IMG/VR virus record: IMGVR_UViG_3300035703_002708
Length of the DNA: 64,000 nt
Strand: one strand, 5' to 3'
From: a virus
Lineage: Duplodnaviria; Caudoviricetes
The position numbers and the translations under genes were made by a program. Below, one piece after another: positions 59,513 to 64,000 of the stretch. How positions within the stretch are numbered: position 1 is the first letter of the stretch; each line of letters starts with the position of its first letter. Below the pieces are notes generated by a model, which was given only the letters and a program-made list of their open reading frames with translations, had not been told where the DNA came from and searched no databases.

Positions 59513-59821
59513 TTAAATCTTACCACCACTATATTCATAACCCTCTCCACAATTAAAATAACAATTCACACTCTTTTTTTCAGAGAAGGGATTATCTTGG
59601 TCGGGGAAATATCGTATTAGAAAATTAACTTCCTTGTAGATTTGATTTTGCATTTCAGAAGATAAACATTCTTCGGTTGTAAATAATACATTGTAATGAA
59701 TCCCAAGGAAATTAGAAAAAAAACTTATACCTTCCATTTGGTCCTGAACAATAACATTAGTTAAAACGGGATATTTTCGTAAAATCACTTTGCGGATGGC
59801 ATTTTCATATACTTCAATCAT
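59513..59821 (-). CDS. hypothetical protein, KYDW-like family
   Basis: VILRKYPVLTNVIV; start MIEV behind minus-strand TATTTAT at 59826-59832. Confidence 0.6.
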   Translation of the reverse strand: MIEVYENAIRKVILRKYPVLTNVIVQDQMEGISFFSNFLGIHYNVLFTTEECLSSEMQNQIYKEVNFLIRYFPDQDNPFSEKKSVNCYFNCGEGYEYSGGKI

Positions 59822-59854
59822 AACAATAAATATATTTATATCATAAAAGAAGTA

Positions 59855-60271
59855 ATGAAACAATTAAGAAAGTCCATCAAATCTATAATAAGACAATACC
59901 TGACCGAGAGTTACAATAATCCACACTTAATAGAAGTAAAACCAAATAAGTATGTTTATCATACATCCAACCCTTTATTCAGAGATAAAATAGCAGAACA
60001 AGGATTAACACCGAAAGGTAAAAGTGAAAGTTGGTTAGAAGATACAAAAATAGAAGGAAAAGTAATATTTGCGGTTAACAGTAATGACAGAAATTATATG
60101 TGGGATTCAACTTATGATGATGATATATATAGAATCAATACAACTAAACTAAATAATACTTGGTATAACGACCCCAATTTCGATGAAGACGGAATACATA
60201 TCATTACATTCGAAAGTATACCAAGAAACGCAATCAAACTAATTTATAAAGGAACAGGGAAATGGTCGTAG
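59855..60271 (+). CDS. putative ADP-ribosyltransferase/Tpt1(KptA)-like domain protein
   Basis: YVYHTS...KIAEQGLTP...IFAV...IYRINT...ESIPRNAIKLI; leader ending YLTE. Confidence 0.5.
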   Translation: MKQLRKSIKSIIRQYLTESYNNPHLIEVKPNKYVYHTSNPLFRDKIAEQGLTPKGKSESWLEDTKIEGKVIFAVNSNDRNYMWDSTYDDDIYRINTTKLNNTWYNDPNFDEDGIHIITFESIPRNAIKLIYKGTGKWS

Positions 60272-60414
60272 GGTTATTTAAGGTAAATCATTCACTCACC
60301 CCACTTCGGTAGTTGTTCCCCCATAAAGGGGTCACAAAACCTCCGTTCATTCGTTCATAATTTACCTTAAAACCCCCACTTATATAATACACCAAAAAGA
60401 GGGGTCCATTAATT

Positions 60415-60528
60415 ATACCTATCGGTATTATACCATTTGGTATAAGTAAATCTTTTGTAATGGTTATTGATTACCCGATGGGGTATAATATTAACCACAA
60501 TGACAGATTTATACTAGAACGGGTATAA
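60415..60528. repeat. cluster of four TATACC/GGTATA-type inverted repeats
   Basis: ATACC-TATC-GGTAT, TTATACC-ATTT-GGTATAA, TACCC-GATG-GGGTA, TTATACT-AGAACG-GGTATAA. Confidence 0.7.
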
Positions 60529-60990
60529 TAATCCAATTAAGTAAATCTATATCTTTACTTATACATTAAACTTGTCAAGTTATATCTTTACTAAATAAAA
60601 GAGATTTGTATGGGGGATTTATTTACAAGGACCATTAAGTGGTGTAAATTTAGGGTCAGATAACAAGGGGTCTCGTTGAAGAGTATTATTTTACGATTCT
60701 AACAACACTAAAGTGTCTTCCCCCCAGTTACTCTATAAACGTAATTTTATTTGCTGGGAAATAGATATAGTAAAAAAAGTGGTCATAGGACTATCAGGAA
60801 CAAGGAAAAGTTGACACTACACTCTCAGAACGACAATTTCACCTATAAATGGTGGGAGTAAATTAGTGGTTAAAAGTGACGAAGGGGATTATCCCCCCTA
60901 TCAAAGGACCTGACATAATGACATTTTCAAGAAAAATAATAAAAAGTTATTAACAATATTTCCCCCCTCACAACACTAATACACAGGATT

Positions 60991-61317
60991 ATGAGTAAAT
61001 TTATCAACAGACTAAATGTCATGTTTTCCCATGTGGAAGCAGAACCCCCACTTTTTACCACCATATATGATTATGAAGGTGCAAGAGGTGAGGTAATTTA
61101 TGAACTGACATATATGGTGGGAGTAAAGAAACCTTTAAGACAGGAGTTTCTAATTACGTTGTCTGCAAATATGACACGTATTATTGATTTTATTAATAAT
61201 GAAACCCCCCTGACAGAAGATGATTTGTCAAAAATTAGATACGATATTATGGAACATTCAAAAATGATGGTGGAAAATTATCGAATTAATAATCAAACCA
61301 CAAGGTTATATTATTAA
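60991..61317 (+). CDS. hypothetical protein
   Basis: 108-aa ORF. Confidence 0.5.
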   Translation: MSKFINRLNVMFSHVEAEPPLFTTIYDYEGARGEVIYELTYMVGVKKPLRQEFLITLSANMTRIIDFINNETPLTEDDLSKIRYDIMEHSKMMVENYRINNQTTRLYY

Positions 61318-61718
61318 TTATTCAAAGAAGGGGGAGTATTATTACGAATAATGGAAATCTTCTTTATTCTAACATTATTACTTTTATGAGCGGTAAACAT
61401 GGAAGACTTCAAAATAAGGGAATCCAAAATACCACACCAATAAATTCTTGTTTTAATAGCCTTAACAATATTACGGTCTGCACCATAACGGAATAATCCA
61501 AGACTACCCTCATAAGTGGGGATGGTAACTTCAAGGTCAATTTCAAATTGATACCTTTCACCCCATTCTTGGGGAATTGTATTATCAACATACATTCTGA
61601 CATTGGTAACACGAACAGGTAATTCTGCCATACCGTGAAATGAACAAATATAGTCAGATGACTTATAAGCCTTATTAAGAATTTGTCTTAACTTTCCTTT
61701 AACGAGTGTGAGTGCCAT
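61314..61718 (-). CDS. hypothetical protein
   Basis: Start taken at MALTLVKGK. Confidence 0.55.
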   Translation of the reverse strand: MALTLVKGKLRQILNKAYKSSDYICSFHGMAELPVRVTNVRMYVDNTIPQEWGERYQFEIDLEVTIPTYEGSLGLFRYGADRNIVKAIKTRIYWCGILDSLILKSSMFTAHKSNNVRIKKISIIRNNTPPSLNN

Positions 61719-61749
61719 ATACAAATATAGAAATAATATTTGACTCCAC

Positions 61750-61780
61750 AAAAATAAATGTGGGGGAATTAACCCCCACA
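61750..61780 (-). terminator. terminator of the minus-strand ncRNA unit
   Basis: TGTGGGGG/CCCCCACA stem with T-rich tail on the minus strand. Confidence 0.7.
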
Positions 61781-61827
61781 AATAATTGGGACCATAAAGG
61801 TCGCTCCACCAATCTGATAAACAGATG

Positions 61828-61897
61828 TAGTCAGGACAGGATTCGAACCTGCATCTCCCGTACCAATACGAGGCGTTACCAATTACGCCACCTGACT
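61828..61897 (-). ncRNA. tRNA-like RNA C (anticodon loop reduced to 4 nt)
   Basis: rc: AGTCAGG TG GCGTAATTGGTAACGC C TCGTA-TTGG-TACGG GAGAT GCAGG-TTCGAAT-CCTGT CCTGACT A. Confidence 0.85.
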
Positions 61898-61953
61898 AAC
61901 CCCTTTGTTTTACTTCAGAGACGGGTACTCTTGCATAACATTTAATCTGTTAG

Positions 61954-62062
61954 CAGTCAGGACAGGATTCGAACCTGTATGATAAGTAGTAAAGTTATGG
62001 AAGTGACAATGTACTTACTTATCTATTCACTTCTAGCGTCTAACCAATTCCGCCACCTGACT
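61954..62062 (-). ncRNA. tRNA-like RNA D (expanded anticodon/variable region)
   Basis: rc: AGTCAGG/CCTGACT acceptor; GCGGAATTGGTTAGACGC; GAAGTGA-20nt-TCACTTC; ACAGG-TTCGAAT-CCTGT. Confidence 0.85.
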
Positions 62063-62067
62063 ATGTT

Positions 62068-62137
62068 ATCAATCGGTCACCTCCATGCTTCACGTACGAG
62101 TGGGAGGATTACTGAACCCGTGATATTACCGATTGAT
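62068..62137 (-). ncRNA. 70-nt hairpin RNA heading the minus-strand ncRNA unit
   Basis: 10-bp closing stem ATCAATCGGT/ACCGATTGAT with inner CCTCC/GGAGG. Confidence 0.55.
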
Positions 62138-62144
62138 TACACCA

Positions 62145-62175
62145 CAAAGATAATATAAATTATCATATTGACAAA
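62145..62175 (-). promoter_or_regulatory. Bacteroidota-type promoter
   Basis: On the minus strand: TTTG, 19 nt, TATCTTTG. Confidence 0.75.
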
Positions 62176-62445
62176 ACATTCCCCACTTTTTTACGACTAT
62201 TTTTTATTTAGTTATATGTCAAGTTATTACTATGATAATTTATGGTGGGGTTTATTATTAATATAATAAAGCAGGTTGGAGTATACGCTTACAAGGGACG
62301 CCTATTTCCCCAACCCTTACCTGAACTGAATCATTAGTACATAGTAAAGATAAAACTTTTCCCCCACACTAACAAACAAAATAGTTTCTAATAGTTATGA
62401 ACATTACTTGACATTGTTAATGGACCCACATAATAAACTATAATG

Positions 62446-62531
62446 ACGGGGAGGGGGTTAATTGTCAAATGGGGGGTGATATGGTCCCCCCTCTTACGGG
62501 ATAGTGGTATACTACCCCCTCCCTCCCCCGT
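62446..62531. repeat. G/C-tract inverted repeat
   Basis: ACGGGGAGGGGGT...GGGGGG/CCCCCC...ACCCCCTCCCTCCCCCGT. Confidence 0.65.
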
Positions 62532-62700
62532 ATCCGTCCTCCATATACTGACAAAATGACGTGTTTTAGGGGGCTTAATCCCTTCTATCAAGTACGGACC
62601 CCATATTCCCAAAAAAAATTCTGGAAAAAATTTCAGAAAAATCACTACATTTGTTTGATAAAAATTATTTATTTTTGGAGTATAATCCCTATATTATATA

Positions 62701-63457
62701 TATGGAAACAGAAAAAAAATGTAATAGATGTGGTTTGATTTTACCTGTTGATGAATTCTATAAACGCAAAGATGGTAAGGTTAGAAACCCGTGTAAGAAT
62801 TGTAAAAAAATTATTAATGCAATTTCAAATAAAAAATGGTCTCAAACTGATGAGGGGAAATCAAAACAGAAATTATATAATAAGAAATATAAAATTAAGA
62901 AAAAGGAAGAAAATAGAATAATCAGGGAAGAAAAGAGACAAATAAAAATTAATGAACAATTAGAAAAGAAACGTATTAAAGATTTAGTAAAACAGGAAAA
63001 ACTACAACTCAAAATACAACTAAAAAATAAAAAAAAGGAAGAGTATATAAAAAAGTTAGAATATTATAAGAGTGATGAATACAAAGAATTAAAGAGGAAA
63101 AGAACTAATGCCAAAAACTATATCAGATGGAAGAAAAAATGGGAAACAAATACAACTTTTGCGATGAAAGTCAGATTGAGAAATTTAATTAGAAAATCTT
63201 TCATTAAAAGGGGATATTCCAAATCATCAAAAACTCAAGATATTTTGGGTATAGATTACGAAGGTCTTGTTAAACATATAGAGAGTCAATTCAAAGACGG
63301 GATGACTTGGGAGAATAGAGGAGAATGGCACATAGACCACATAATTCCTCTTTCATCAGCAACATCTGAAGATGAACTCACAAAGTTATGTCATTATACC
63401 AATTTACAACCCTTATGGGAAAAAGATAACTTGGAAAAATCCAATAAGATACTTTAA
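62701..63457 (+). CDS. HNH endonuclease with N-terminal zinc finger
   Basis: CNRC...CKNC; WHIDHIIPLS...CHYTNLQPLWEKDNLEKSNK. Confidence 0.88.
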
Positions 63458-63513
63458 CACCCCACTATTAAAAAAATTTTTGGAAAATTTCTGAGAATTT
63501 GTATCTTTGTCTT

Positions 63514-63735
63514 ATGACCTTCAAAGAATCAGAAAAGTTTTTATTATCTCTTAATGTCGGTGAGGGATATAATGATGTTGTTGTAACCAAACGAACTGGT
63601 AAAAGAATATATCTCAACAACAAAAAGATTGTCCATATTAAAAATGGGGGAAACTTCTTATATCTTGATGGTAAAAATATTAATCAGATTTTGAGAGATA
63701 TTGAAGGGTATATGATTTATCTTATTCATCGGTAG
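63514..63735 (+). CDS. hypothetical protein
   Basis: Start MTFKES after TATCTTTG (63502). Confidence 0.55.
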   Translation: MTFKESEKFLLSLNVGEGYNDVVVTKRTGKRIYLNNKKIVHIKNGGNFLYLDGKNINQILRDIEGYMIYLIHR

Positions 63736-63774
63736 ATTTATTAATTTGGGGATATTTATAACTAAAATTATATC

Positions 63775-64000
63775 ATGAAAAAAGTTGTAAGATTAACTGA
63801 GTCAGAACTCGTTAGATTGGTTAAAAAAATTATTAATGAGTCTGAAATCAAAGACCAATATTATATTGTGGCATATCCCGACCATATTCGTGGTCGCGGG
63901 ATGTTTATATACACAGGGGACGACGGATATAGCATGATACCAACTTCAATTGAGTTTAGAAGAAAAATGCATTTAGAAATGGATAATCCCCCAAAATCAT
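63775..64000 (+). CDS. leader-bearing protein (truncated by window edge)
   Basis: MKKVVRLTESELVRLVKKIINESE...; TATTTAT at 63753. Confidence 0.7.
   Translation, partial: MKKVVRLTESELVRLVKKIINESEIKDQYYIVAYPDHIRGRGMFIYTGDDGYSMIPTSIEFRRKMHLEMDNPPKS

Noticed and set aside
58450-62062. Calling RNAs A-D functional tRNA-Leu/Pro/Gln, or intron-containing tRNAs
   Set aside because: None has a canonical 7-nt loop with U33; the inserts are too short for group I introns and show no bulge-helix-bulge I can identify
62388-62738. ORFs 62388-62645(-) and 62556-62738(+)
   Set aside because: Alternative starts, unnatural composition, and they span the G/C repeat island
1-64000. Stop-codon reassignment as in some large Bacteroidota phages
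   Set aside because: Known genes are intact under code 11, and TAG/TGA end genes at tight junctions

Overview
A 64-kb slice of a very AT-rich, gene-dense, large tailed dsDNA phage genome (jumbo, T4-like organisation; standard code 11). The host is probably Bacteroidota, inferred from recurring TTTG-N19/20-TAnnTTTG promoters, lipoproteins and type IX secretion (T9SS) cargo genes. Recognisable genes: Dam and a second DNA methyltransferase, thioredoxin/glutaredoxin, ThyA, UvrC-like nuclease, GIY-YIG and HNH endonucleases, Nudix, DHH phosphoesterase, a ferritin-like protein and a catalytic-domain-only class II aaRS paralogue. The best candidate for an undescribed system is RNA-based. A Ro60/TROVE-vWA gene is followed by its own non-coding unit with three tandem Y-RNA-like elements; the first is a circularly permuted tRNA mimic that keeps a CAU anticodon-like arm. 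Four dispersed tRNA-shaped RNAs with intact acceptor/D/T arms but destroyed or expanded anticodon arms lie elsewhere, with further unexplained structured RNAs beside them. Also notable: phage-encoded T9SS cargo, and a large family of proteins with an (I/V)L(K/R)E leader behind a TATTTAT motif (probable protease-processed, capsid-packaged effectors). No CRISPR array, integrase, reverse transcriptase or canonical tRNA was found. All family calls come from motif recognition by eye, not database searches.
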